Below, in pieces: positions 35,513 to 45,704 of a stretch of 64,000 nt of DNA (the stretch's first letter is position 1; the number at the start of each line of letters is the position of its first letter). The notes below the pieces were generated by a model. The model had not been told where the DNA came from, ran no database searches, and saw only the letters and a program-made list of their open reading frames with translations. Origin of the DNA: Candidatus Hodarchaeaceae archaeon. Lineage in GTDB: Archaea; Hadarchaeota; Hadarchaeia; Hadarchaeales; Hadarchaeaceae. Position numbers and translations under genes: made by a program. The stretch spans positions 78,298 through 142,297 of the forward strand of contig JASEGJ010000001.1 of the NCBI GenBank assembly GCA_030018135.1, in the 5' to 3' direction.

Positions 35513-36313
35513 ATGCTCATGCGAACTCGCGTTAGCGAAGTGATGCAACCCTGCTCGTGCTTCGTCAGTTCGCGCGACTTGGTGACCAAGGCCCGCTCAC
35601 TTATGCGCACCAGCGGCCTTCGAACGTTGCCCGTCGTCGACGATGGCAAGCTGACAGGCATCATAACCGCGCGGCAAATGCTTCGCGTTACCTCAACCCG
35701 CTCAAACATCCCGGTGGCGGGTTTGATGTTCCCCCCTAGGCTTGTGGCTACGCCAGACGACACCATCGGGAAGCTCGTCAAGGATATGATCGAACTCGAG
35801 ATTTCGGCCGTGCCCGTCGTCAAAAGCGTTAGCGACCGAACGATATCCGGCATCGTTGGGCTCGATGACATACTAAGACATATCTCCAAGTCTTCAAAGC
35901 CAAAACTAACGGTGGAGAGAATAATGAAAAGGAAGGTCGCCACATGCACCCCCACGGATGAAATCTCGCGGGTATGGGACATTATGGAGGAAGCCCACTT
36001 CTCCGGCCTGCCTGTCGTGCGTTACGACAAGCGCAAGCGTGCGCTAGAGGTCATAGGCATGATAACCCGCTCGGACATCATTCGCTCGGGAGCGACGAGG
36101 CTGGCCGAGGAGTCCGACAAGGGGCGCTTCCGGAGCCCGCCTCGCGTAAAGAGCCTCATGCGAACCCCCGCTATAACGGCATCCCCTAACATGTCCCTCT
36201 CCGATGCCGTTGAGCTGATGCTGAAGCGCAACATCGGTCGCTTGCCAGTTGTTGAGGACGGCAAGCTAGTTGGGATCGTCAGCCGCGGCGATGTGATAAA
36301 AGCCTGCCTGTAG
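35513..36313 (+). CDS. CBS-domain protein (4 CBS)
   Basis: Repeated LPVV..G.L.GIIT motifs. Confidence 0.9.
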   Translation: MLMRTRVSEVMQPCSCFVSSRDLVTKARSLMRTSGLRTLPVVDDGKLTGIITARQMLRVTSTRSNIPVAGLMFPPRLVATPDDTIGKLVKDMIELEISAVPVVKSVSDRTISGIVGLDDILRHISKSSKPKLTVERIMKRKVATCTPTDEISRVWDIMEEAHFSGLPVVRYDKRKRALEVIGMITRSDIIRSGATRLAEESDKGRFRSPPRVKSLMRTPAITASPNMSLSDAVELMLKRNIGRLPVVEDGKLVGIVSRGDVIKACL

Positions 36314-36321
36314 GCGAGCGA

Positions 36322-37227
36322 ATGCGAAGGTTACCCCACGTTGGCTATAAGTCGCGCGACCGGGGCCCGCTGGAGTTCAAATCTAGGCTGAGGAGGGAGG
36401 AGGGCAACATCATGCCGATCGCGCGGCGGAATGTTTTAACCATTCCTCCAACCGTGCGGATAAAAGATGCGGCGGAGTTGATGGTCAAAAATAAGGTCCG
36501 AAGGCTCCCCATAACGGACCCCGGTACGAAACGACTGATCGGCATCGTTACAACGCGCGATATAATAGATTTCCTCGGCGGGGGCGAGCGATCTAAAATC
36601 ATCCAAAATAAGTTCAAGGGCAATTTCCTCGCTGCGGTGAACGACCCCATTCGCACGATAATGTCGGAGAAAGTTGTTCATGGAACATTTGACATGTCGA
36701 TCAAGGATGTTGCAAAGCTTTTGTTGAGAACGGGCGTTGGGGGCGCGCCCATCCTCGACGAACGGGCGCACGTCGTTGGCATGGTATCGGAGCGAGATTT
36801 TGTCCCATACGTACCGATTGCCGCAGGGATTCTAGTGGGCTATCACATGACTCGAAAAGTTGTGACCGCCGAGCCCGAGCTGCAGATCAAAGAAGCCGCT
36901 CGGCGGATGGTTTCCAGGGGCGTACGCCGCCTGCCGGTCGTCTGCGACCGGGAGCTCGTTGGGATCGTCACGAGCGTCGATATCCTCCGGTACTTTGGTA
37001 CGAGCGAGATGTTTGAGCACATGGCCCATGGAAGGGTGGACGAGGCAATGTCGGTTGGGGTCGATAGGATAATGACGAGCAAGGTACTCACGGTAACGCC
37101 GCAAACTGACATAGGCGAGGCGGCTGCGCTGATGGTCGAGCGCGGCTGCGGCGGCTTACCTGTTGTAGAAAGGGATGAACTCGTGGGCATAATGACCGAG
37201 CGCAACGTGCTGGAGTTGTTAATTTGA
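36322..37227 (+). CDS. CBS-domain protein (4 CBS)
   Basis: RRLPI, DIIDFLGGG, RRLPVV and GGLPVV. Confidence 0.9.
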   Translation: MRRLPHVGYKSRDRGPLEFKSRLRREEGNIMPIARRNVLTIPPTVRIKDAAELMVKNKVRRLPITDPGTKRLIGIVTTRDIIDFLGGGERSKIIQNKFKGNFLAAVNDPIRTIMSEKVVHGTFDMSIKDVAKLLLRTGVGGAPILDERAHVVGMVSERDFVPYVPIAAGILVGYHMTRKVVTAEPELQIKEAARRMVSRGVRRLPVVCDRELVGIVTSVDILRYFGTSEMFEHMAHGRVDEAMSVGVDRIMTSKVLTVTPQTDIGEAAALMVERGCGGLPVVERDELVGIMTERNVLELLI

Positions 37228-38090
37228 AGGTTGTCGACGTTATGAGCTCGCCCGTGGTTGCGATAGGGTCTACGGGGCCAATAGCACATGCAAAGAACCT
37301 GATGTTGCGCCACGACATAAAACGTCTTGTTGTGGTCGAGCGAGGGGGCCCGGTCGGAATAGTTTCAATGAGCGATCTCGCGGAGCGCCTTGACAGCGGA
37401 ACCTCAGCTTGGCGACGACGCCCCATCGATCGCATTCCGATCGCGCGGGTGATGAGCAAAAACTTGATTACGGTGTCACCAGGCACCGATTTGAGCGAGG
37501 CCGCCAGGTTGCTGCTGAAGCACGGCATTAGTAGCTTGGTAATAACCGAGGGCAAAAAACTTATCGGTATCCTGACAAAGACGGATTTGGCGCGCTTCTT
37601 CGCTAAAAATTTGAGAGGTCGAGCGATGGTTCGAGAGCTGATGAGCACAAGTGTAATAACCGTGAACCGTCGACACTCGCTCGCTCACGTCGTCGAACTC
37701 ATGGAAAGAAATAACGTGGGTCGTGTGGTGGTCGTGGATGGCGCTAAGCCGATAGGCACAGTGACTGCAAGCGATGTAGCATTCGCGCAGCTCGAAAGAC
37801 CAGTCGAGGGCATAGCTCGACGCGAACTCAAATTCACGAGAAAACCTGCGCGAGCCGATAGGCCAAAATATAGATACGTGAAGTATGTCGCCCTGCTTAC
37901 CGCTGAGGATATGATGAGGTCTGAGCTGCTCACCGTCGAAGCGGGCGAAGATGCCGCAATGGCGGCTGAGCGAATGCTCAAGTATGGGAAAAGCGGTCTG
38001 CCGGTCGTCGAGCGTGGCGAGTTGGTGGGCATCCTGACGAAGACCGACTTCACTAAAGGAATCGCGAGGCTTGGACGAAATGCGCGTTAG
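37224..38090 (+). CDS. CBS-domain protein (4 CBS)
   Basis: WRRRPIDRIPI; GILTKTD repeats; TTG start. Confidence 0.9.
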   Translation: MKVVDVMSSPVVAIGSTGPIAHAKNLMLRHDIKRLVVVERGGPVGIVSMSDLAERLDSGTSAWRRRPIDRIPIARVMSKNLITVSPGTDLSEAARLLLKHGISSLVITEGKKLIGILTKTDLARFFAKNLRGRAMVRELMSTSVITVNRRHSLAHVVELMERNNVGRVVVVDGAKPIGTVTASDVAFAQLERPVEGIARRELKFTRKPARADRPKYRYVKYVALLTAEDMMRSELLTVEAGEDAAMAAERMLKYGKSGLPVVERGELVGILTKTDFTKGIARLGRNAR

Positions 38091-38874
38091 TCAAATAATG
38101 ACCCCAAATGTCATTACCATAGACAAGGATATATCGCTGGCCGAGGCGATAGGACAAATGCGACGCCACGAGATATCGCGCCTAGTGGTCACGGATGCTG
38201 GAAAGATCGATGGAATCGTCACGGAGCGGGATATTGCTCGAGAATTGGGCTCGACGCGCAGCTACCGTTTGCCCCCTGGTAGGATGCACGTTTCAAACGT
38301 CATGACTGCCAATCCGGTGACGGTCGCACCCGACATCACGGCAAAGCGCGCCGCCGAACTCATGCTCGATAACGACATCAGTGGGTTGCCGGTAGTTGAG
38401 GATGACAAACTGGCCGGCATCGTCACGAAAATGGATTTCGCAAAGGTATGCATGGGTTTTGATGATATTTTCGCGGGGCAGATTATGCAGTCCAGCCCGC
38501 GAACCGCCACGCCAAGCGACCGCGTGATACATGCACGCAGGTTGCTGTTTGAAGAGGACCTAATTAGCCTGCCCGTGGTCGAGGCGGGCGAACTCGTGGG
38601 CATCGTAACGGTGCGGGATATTGCGATGTGCCTCGCCGCGTTTCAGGAGGTGGTGCCGGACAGGCACAAGAGCGAGCGCATCCGCAATTTGTTGGTCGAG
38701 GACATCATGACCCAGCCGGCGACAACCACGCATACCGACGCAAAGCTTTCCGACATCGCACGCGTCATGTTCGAGCGACGCTTTTCCAGCTTGCCGGTGC
38801 TCAACTTGGAGGACGAGCTCGTCGGTTTGGTCACGAGGACCGAGCTGACCGAGGTCGCGCGGGAGCGCCTTTGA
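38071..38874 (+). CDS. CBS-domain protein (4 CBS)
   Basis: GIVTERD, SGLPVV and HARRL motifs. Confidence 0.9.
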   Translation: MDEMRVSQIMTPNVITIDKDISLAEAIGQMRRHEISRLVVTDAGKIDGIVTERDIARELGSTRSYRLPPGRMHVSNVMTANPVTVAPDITAKRAAELMLDNDISGLPVVEDDKLAGIVTKMDFAKVCMGFDDIFAGQIMQSSPRTATPSDRVIHARRLLFEEDLISLPVVEAGELVGIVTVRDIAMCLAAFQEVVPDRHKSERIRNLLVEDIMTQPATTTHTDAKLSDIARVMFERRFSSLPVLNLEDELVGLVTRTELTEVARERL

Positions 38875-38966
38875 TGTCTCGAGCGGGCTAGTTTTCGTAC
38901 CGGTGACGAAGCTGAACGTTAAGATTAAGTCGACATGGTCGTTATGAGCCAAGCGCCGGAGGGGGC

Positions 38967-39542
38967 ATGCCGATGAAGATAAAGCTCACGCGCACGTTGC
39001 TACTGAAGGCCTTCCTTGCACAAGTGGTACTTTTCATCACGCTGGCCTTAGCAATCGCTTGGTGGCGAGGGTGGCTCAAGGATCTAGGACTGAACCTCCA
39101 AAATCCAACCTTCGGCGTAGCGGCGGGCTTGATCGTGGGCGCAGCCATGGGCGCCGCTTCGATCGCATGCGATGAAGTGGGGCTCAAAAACCCACTTGCT
39201 GATGAGATCTCCCGCACCCTAACCTTGAGCGACATCCTGTTTGTAAATCTCGTGCTGATTGCGCCCAGCGAGGAAATCTTCTTCAGGGGGCTGCTCATCC
39301 CCAGGATAGGTTTAGCGCCGTCTGCAATCACGTTCGGCTTGGCGCATGTGGTTGGCTACCGCGCACTGAGCGAGGTCGTGGTGGCGACGGTTTTTGGGCT
39401 GGCGCTTGGCTGGCTCTTTCTATCATCTGGCAGTTTGCTTGGCCCGTGGCTGGCGCATGCTCTGGCGAATGTTGTAGCAATGGAGCATATCCATCGGCGG
39501 GCCGGAAAAGGTCCCAAGCGATCGTCCGCGCGCGCTGGGTGA
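38967..39542 (+). CDS. CPBP (CAAX/Abi) intramembrane protease
   Basis: EEIFFRG, FGLAH and HALAN motifs. Confidence 0.88.
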   Translation: MPMKIKLTRTLLLKAFLAQVVLFITLALAIAWWRGWLKDLGLNLQNPTFGVAAGLIVGAAMGAASIACDEVGLKNPLADEISRTLTLSDILFVNLVLIAPSEEIFFRGLLIPRIGLAPSAITFGLAHVVGYRALSEVVVATVFGLALGWLFLSSGSLLGPWLAHALANVVAMEHIHRRAGKGPKRSSARAG

Positions 39543-39643
39543 GGCGAGCGGAATCAAAATTTTTGTGCTCGACTAAACGACCGAGCTGAATCTTCGCCCA
39601 GAATAGAATAAATAACCAAGTTCTAAATAAATTGAAGTTAAGT

Positions 39644-39740
39644 GCGGCCGTGGTCCAGCCTGGTTAGGGCGTTAAGCGCCGCCAAAGGACCCAGGCTCCC
39701 CAAGCCTGTGGCGCGGGTTCGAATCCCGCCGGCCGCACCA
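39644..39740 (+). tRNA. tRNA-Gly(CCC) with 20-nt D-loop intron at 21/22 (39667-39686)
   Basis: GCGGCCG acceptor; helix TGGT/GCCA, bulges TA|G and AA|G, inner GGCG/CGCC; encoded CCA; unusual C33. Confidence 0.9.
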
Positions 39741-39787
39741 CTAACTTTAAATCCAAACCATCAATCAAATGTGGGTAGTGAATTCTG

Positions 39788-40716
39788 ATGAAGATGAGCA
39801 TGCTATTCATGGTAGTACTTCCGCTTGCCATCTTGCCGTGCGTCCTAGCTGGCGTCCAAACTACTGGGGCCTCGTCGGTTGCGCAAGCGGCGGAGCCAAG
39901 CACGGTTAAAGCTGGCGTGTGGGTCATCTCGTTGACCCCGCTGGCGGGACTTTCACGATCGATTTTTACCTCTGGTTCAAGTACGGTGAGATAGAGCCAA
40001 ATATCGAGTTTCTAAACGGGTCTCCATCGAGGTTCGAAAAGATAACCGAAAGGGAAAATTACATAGAATACCGCGTCAAGGGCATATTCGTAAAACCCCT
40101 TGATTTTAGGAACTTTCCGTTCGATGAGCACACTTTAACCGTCGAGCTGGAGGACAAGGAGTTCGATGCTTCCGAACTCGTATTTGAACCTGATCTGGAC
40201 GAAAGCGGGATGGACCCAGAATTGGCGATCGTTGGCTGGAGCGCCGAGGATTTTCGGATAAAATAAGAAAGATCACGCGTACCCGGGCGAAAATTTCTCC
40301 CGGCTTATATTTGGGGTAAGAATTTACCGATCGAAGCTCTCGGCCATGTTCAAGAACTTTCTCCCCATTATCGTCATCACGTTGATATCCCTCTTGACCT
40401 TCGCGATCTCCGTTAAAAACTTCGGGCAGAGGGTTGGTATATGTGTGACGACTTTGATGTCCGCGGTTGCCTATCACCTAGCGGCACTCGGTGCGCTGCC
40501 GCCCTTAGGATACCTCACATTGCTTGATAGGGTCATGCTCGTCGTTTACACCCTGTTCTTGTACAATTTGGCGGTCTCCGTTCAAGCGATGAGACTCGTG
40601 GAGGGGGAAAGGTGGCGGCGGCTGAAAAGTTTGAAACGAGGATGCAGAACTTCATCCCAGCATTGGTCGCGGTGCTATGTTTGGTTTACATAGGGTTTAT
40701 CGGCTTTTTCGCCTGA
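39788..40716 (+). pseudogene. Prokaryotic pentameric ligand-gated ion channel homolog (GLIC/ELIC-like), three frameshifts
   Basis: Signal peptide; FTIDFYLW; LDFRNFPFD Pro-loop; M1 FLP; M2 RVGICVTTLM; M3 LPPLGYLTLLD; M4 in another frame ending at 40716. Confidence 0.8.
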
Positions 40717-40751
40717 AGTCGTGGGGCTGCATTCTCTTATTGGGTTGCGGC

Positions 40752-41123
40752 TCATCCGCTGCTCAGGAACCTAAACTGGGGCAAGGGGGCCTGAAAGACG
40801 AGCATCTCTACATCCTCTGCCGCAAGGTTAACTGCGGAGTGCGGCACACCCTCGGACGCGACGATGATATCGCCGGGGCCGACCTCAAATTTTTCCTTGC
40901 CAACCGTAAAAGTTGCTCGACCCCTCAGGATGTATATCACATCGTCGGAATTCGAGTGAAGATGTCTTGGGAATTCGTGGCCCGGCAAGATCCGAAGCAG
41001 AGTTAGCTGGCAGTGTTTATTGCCGATTTTCGCTGGATGCACTAGCAAGCGCAGGCGGTTGTCTCCCGCAGCGGTTGTTTCCTCGACTTCATCTACGACA
41101 ATCCTGGTCAGATAACCCACCAC
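40752..41123 (-). CDS. Cupin-domain protein
   Basis: HLH...IYILRG and GD....GVPH cupin motifs. Confidence 0.85.
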   Translation of the reverse strand: MVGYLTRIVVDEVEETTAAGDNRLRLLVHPAKIGNKHCQLTLLRILPGHEFPRHLHSNSDDVIYILRGRATFTVGKEKFEVGPGDIIVASEGVPHSAVNLAAEDVEMLVFQAPLPQFRFLSSG

Positions 41124-41280
41124 TAATCAGTTGAGATGGTGGACGAAAAAAAGCTTGCAATCCCCCCCATTGTGTGGCAGACTCGCTCCAAATGACTCAA
41201 TGTCGAGCGCCCCCATGAAGGTTTATGCCGACACCGTTTTCTCTTTATAAAGTGCTTTCGGCCAACGGCCCGGCGGGGTT

Positions 41281-41676
41281 ATGAACGAAAGCGGCCAACT
41301 GATGGGTGTCCCTATAAAGCTCGTGATGGCGCTCGTCATAGGCACCATGACGATGGGCATATTGATGCAGTTTGTCGGCACGGCCGAGCGAACTATACTC
41401 AGGGACATGAAGGTGACATTTCCTCGCACAACCAGCGACAATCTGACGGTTAAGGTCTTCGATGCCCAAAGCGGGGATGCCTTAGGCGATGCAACTATTG
41501 TGGTCAAGTACCCCGGAGGCATGAAGGCCCACACTTGCGGCGAGAGCTCAAATCAGAACAGGTTTAGCATACCTATGAATGGCGCCGATTGCGTCGTCGT
41601 GACCGTGCGGGTAACCCGCCACGGCTACATCCCGTGGGAAGGGGAGGTCGCGGTGACGGCAGCCAAGAAGAAGTAG
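41281..41676 (+). CDS. Prepilin-like protein (class III signal peptide-like)
   Basis: MNESG|QLMGVPIKLVMALVIG followed by a beta-rich domain. Confidence 0.6.
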   Translation: MNESGQLMGVPIKLVMALVIGTMTMGILMQFVGTAERTILRDMKVTFPRTTSDNLTVKVFDAQSGDALGDATIVVKYPGGMKAHTCGESSNQNRFSIPMNGADCVVVTVRVTRHGYIPWEGEVAVTAAKKK

Positions 41677-41683
41677 TGATAGC

Positions 41684-42106
41684 ATGGAACTGCGGTGCGA
41701 TATCGTGGGCATCGAGACCTTACCAGTGACATTGTTGCTCGGCACGATAATCGGCGCTTGTGCGCTCGGGCTCGGGGCCAGATGCCTAACCAACTTGCAA
41801 AGCCTGACGGAGAAACAGCGAGCGACCGAGAGCTTTGATGCCCTTGTGGAGCGGGCAACGGCAGTCGGCATGGGCGGTGCTGGTGGCAGGCAGCGGGTCG
41901 AACTTGACCTGCCCAACAGCAAGATAGTCTGCCGCGGAAGGCTCCTACAGCTTGTTTTGGACGATGAGATACGAAGGAGCAAAATCATGCCCCTGCCGAT
42001 CCTCGTCGATGGCAACGATGCATGGGAAATCAATACCGGGTACTACGAGATCGAACTCCGCCGAGATAATTTTGGCAATTGTCTCCTAAAGCTGCGGAGG
42101 CTTTGA
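41684..42106 (+). CDS. Prepilin-like protein
   Basis: DIVG|IETLPVTLLLG hydrophobic N-terminus. Confidence 0.6.
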   Translation: MELRCDIVGIETLPVTLLLGTIIGACALGLGARCLTNLQSLTEKQRATESFDALVERATAVGMGGAGGRQRVELDLPNSKIVCRGRLLQLVLDDEIRRSKIMPLPILVDGNDAWEINTGYYEIELRRDNFGNCLLKLRRL

Positions 42107-42108
42107 CG

Positions 42109-42534
42109 ATGAACCAGCATGGATTGCTCATGGATTTTCTATTTTGCAAGATCGGCGTGGCGCTCGCGGCGATATCGTTGATCGGCGCTTCCATGGCAAT
42201 GTCATCAAGCTTTCAACGCGAGACAGGACGGGATGAGCTAGCGGCGGTGGGAGATACTATTGCACGCGCAATTTTTGCGGCTGATGCCATGCCCGGCGAG
42301 GTGCAACTTGTGCGCGAACTTCCACCCCTTCGACAACAGTTTAGGATTACAATCGTTGGCGCTCGCAGCGACGGCATGCAAGTTGTCCACGTACTCGTGG
42401 ACGGTCGAAGTCAGGATAGACGCGTAATAATGGTGGGGAACAAGGTCAACGGCGGCGAGTTTGAGTTCAGCTACAGCAACCCCTCGATTGTTATGGTGAG
42501 CAAAAATGAGCAAATTTTCTTGGGGTTGGTCTAA
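42109..42534 (+). CDS. Prepilin-like protein
   Basis: MNQHG|LLMDFLFCKIGVALA. Confidence 0.55.
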   Translation: MNQHGLLMDFLFCKIGVALAAISLIGASMAMSSSFQRETGRDELAAVGDTIARAIFAADAMPGEVQLVRELPPLRQQFRITIVGARSDGMQVVHVLVDGRSQDRRVIMVGNKVNGGEFEFSYSNPSIVMVSKNEQIFLGLV

Positions 42535-42987
42535 TTGGATCAACTTTCGGTTGGCGAGGACCTTTTCGCGACGCTCATCGTTGCCAGCCTAGCAGTACTG
42601 TTCGTTGCGGCGCTAGTGCACTCCTACCATGTGTACGCTGAGCGAAAAAATGCCCAAGAGGGCTTAAGCCTAGCGCTCGACATCGCGAACCAGCTTAAAA
42701 ATGAAGTCTTAGCCAAGCACGAGAACTATGTATGCCCCGGACTCATCAACCTAAAGACATTCGACAAGGAACTTTCAAGATACCACCAACTGCTCTTTAA
42801 ACAGGGGATAAAGCTACGCGTCGAGGTTAGAAAGCTAGACGGTGAGCTCGCCCTAGCTTATGGCGCCAAAGCCAGCCAGCTCGGTCGATATTTCTCGCCC
42901 CCATGCTCCGTGAGCCTTCCTGTCACCATTGCCGAAACGCCCGCATCCCGCTCGCTCGGTGAGCTGATAGTGTGGGTTTGGAGGTAG
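42535..42987 (+). CDS. Pilin-cluster protein with N-terminal TM segment
   Basis: QLSVGEDLFATLIVASL; C-terminal SLPVTI...GELIVWVW strands. Confidence 0.55.
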   Translation: MDQLSVGEDLFATLIVASLAVLFVAALVHSYHVYAERKNAQEGLSLALDIANQLKNEVLAKHENYVCPGLINLKTFDKELSRYHQLLFKQGIKLRVEVRKLDGELALAYGAKASQLGRYFSPPCSVSLPVTIAETPASRSLGELIVWVWR

Positions 42988-42991
42988 CAAA

Positions 42992-43651
42992 ATGGACAGA
43001 CGCGGTCAAGGGCATGTGGTCGACATGTTGGTTTTTGCGTTGATGGTAACTCTCGCGTGCTCGCTCTTAGTTAAGGCAAGCCCGGTTGAGTCTCGGGCGA
43101 TAAACGATCGCTACGCCGCCAACCTCGCACAAAGTATATTGTTGACGCTTCAAAACGCGACTGCGGACGAGTTCGGGGGCCTTGAATATTCGCTTGATCT
43201 TCGGACGGCTTGGGGGCCTAGCGAGCGCAAGTTAAAACACAAAACACTGGCACAGCTGTTGGTTGAGGATGCGCTTTGCAACCTGCGCGCAGAGATCAAC
43301 GGTCGTGAAGTCGCGGGGCTTAGGTCGAGCCAAGATCTAGACAATAAAGTCCACAAGTTCTTGACTGACGTACTAAGCAAGCTGATCGGCGGGCGTTTTG
43401 ACTACAGCTTGACGGCGAGGGCGGAATCCTTAAAAATCTCGTCAACTGTTCGAGTTTATTTTGAGACCTCGATCAAAAGCTTGAGCGGCGAGGAGCAGCG
43501 GCAGCAAATTTGTTCAGAAACGATCGCGATGAGTTTGCCCATCCCCAAGCAGGAGTTAGTTGTGCGCCTCCTGAGCATAAATCCGATCGAGCTCTTTCAA
43601 CTTGAGCCGGAAATTGCCGTTGAAATAACTCTCAGCTTGTGGTCGAGATGA
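42992..43651 (+). CDS. Prepilin-like protein
   Basis: MDRRG|QGHVVDMLVFALMV, the clearest class III-like site in the cluster. Confidence 0.65.
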   Translation: MDRRGQGHVVDMLVFALMVTLACSLLVKASPVESRAINDRYAANLAQSILLTLQNATADEFGGLEYSLDLRTAWGPSERKLKHKTLAQLLVEDALCNLRAEINGREVAGLRSSQDLDNKVHKFLTDVLSKLIGGRFDYSLTARAESLKISSTVRVYFETSIKSLSGEEQRQQICSETIAMSLPIPKQELVVRLLSINPIELFQLEPEIAVEITLSLWSR

Positions 43652-45679
43652 TGGAAAAGCACGGCTTCATGCCGTTCAGCGCAGCGGGTTTTCTCATTGT
43701 GATGCTAGTTGTCGCGATGATCGGGCGTGCGGCGTGGTCGCAACATCATCAAACCATGAACGCGATCGATGACATCAACAGCATGTCGCTTTTAACCGTT
43801 ACCGCGGGCGTTCAAAACGATCTTCGACATGTGGCGCGCTACGCGGTTTACAGGGCGCTCTGGCAGGTCTGCAAGCATGCTGATGACTACAAAAACGATG
43901 AGGCGCGTGTACAAGCGATTGAAAAGCTTGCAGCTGAGTACTTCCTCAAACATGCCGAAGGGCTACCGCAGGCCTACATTAGTGCGCGCGTCAGGCTTGA
44001 GCTTCCCGACGGCCAGCCATCCTTTAATCTGCGGCAGGCAGAAAACGGATATGTGCTCGCCAGGGTTGAATTGCCCGGGCAGGCACGCATAGGGATCAGT
44101 TCCCTCGACAACGGTACCAAGCTCACGCTTTCCTGCACTGGTTTCGAGGTTTGGGTTGATTGCCGCTATTTCCTGTTGCAGGAACGCATGCGCAAGTTTG
44201 TCGATGATATCGATGAAGTTTGCTCAAGTTGGATGCGCGCCGAGTATGCTGCGGCCTGGGGACAGGCGTTGATGGGCCAGGTTTGGCTAAACGACAAACG
44301 CAGCAGGGCCCTTTTCGAGCTGGCTTGGAAGAATCACGAGCTTAATACCTTTGGGTCGGCCGACTATCTTGAAATGCCCACATCGGCGGAGTTTAACATG
44401 AGCGCACCTTCGGACATCAACTTTAACTCAAACATTGATATCGCGCCGGTGAGCGTTGCCGACGCACAAAGGATAGAGGGCCATATCGACCGCGCCCTCG
44501 CAGCCCTTCGCCGTGCGGAGGTGGGGTTGAAAAATGCCGAGGGATCGATCGAGGTGGCGCTCGACATCGTTCGAAAAAATTCCATTCTGTCAGAAAACTT
44601 GGATGCCAAAAGCGCCATGCTCGGCAACGTGAAAAAGGAGCTAAACAAGGCCATTGAAACGCTAGAAAAGGCTGGGAGCGACGTTCGAGAAGTTGGCATG
44701 GAGTTTGAGCAACTCGTCGCATTCGTAAAAGGTAAGGCCGAGGGTAACCTGTTGATGAAATTGCTCTATCGTGGCTTGACCTCCTCCGACGGCAACTACC
44801 CGCCGCTGGCGCAACGCGTCTCTTTGGGCCTTGCGGGGGTTGAGGACAAATTAATGGGACTGTCGGTGGCAAATGAACAATATGCAGAAGCTCAGCGCAT
44901 CGGATAACTTGGGCTCGCTCGAAGACCACCTCGTCGAGCTTCACGAGGACGTCAAATTTCAAGTGTGGAGCTTGCTGGTCTCGCCCTCGCCAAAATACTG
45001 CGAGGAATATCAAGAATACCCTGACCCAGAAGTTTACAACTATGAAAGGGATGGTCCATCGTCGATCGTCCGAAGCGCCAATGTTTACATCCTCAGCGAG
45101 CCGGATGGTACGATAAGCGCATTAAGAGCAACCTTGTTGGATACAAGGAACAATTTGGAAAAAGTGGAAAGCGTAGCTAAAAACCTCGAACGAAAGCAAG
45201 AGGACTTTAAAGGCGCAGAGATAAGCGAGGAGTTAAGACAATCCCCCGTGGGTTCAGACCCAAGGTTCCTCGATGGGCTCGACCGCGAGTGGGTGTACGA
45301 AACCATACCGCCGCCCCCGATTCGAAAACAACCCGGGCTTTCGGTGTTTCATGATTTTAGCATCAAAGAAGTAAGATACGAAAGAAGGGACCCGCTGGGT
45401 TGGCTCGATGCGGGCGCGCCACCGACGCCGATACCCCTTTGGTTTATAGGCGTGACCCTGTACTGGGCACAGTGGGAGGTTACGCTCGAGCTAGAGGACA
45501 AGCCTGTCGAGGAGATATTTGACTTCGAAAATCCAGTGCTGCCCAGGTCGCTGCTTGAAGGGTCCAACGGTTTAACAATCGTTCATAAGCCGTTGGGGTA
45601 CCGCTTTGAGGTGCCCCGCGAGCGGTTCAGCTTTACCTTGTTGATCGTCAGCCCGACGCCATTTGAAATCGATGCCTAA
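43648..45679 (+). CDS. Large prepilin-like/adhesin protein, apparently split by a frameshift near 44870-44900
   Basis: EKHG|FMPFSAAGFLIV; coiled coil; second ORF 44873-45679 overlaps and carries PTPIPLW. Confidence 0.5.
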
Positions 45680-45704
45680 AAGTGCGCGCAAGATCTCGAG
45701 GCCC

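Noticed and set aside
16993-39686. Shared GCCAA 3' ends of several introns as a sign of one mobile intron
   Set aside because: Explained by pairing to GG-containing exon sequence plus AA bulges; the intron cores are unrelated
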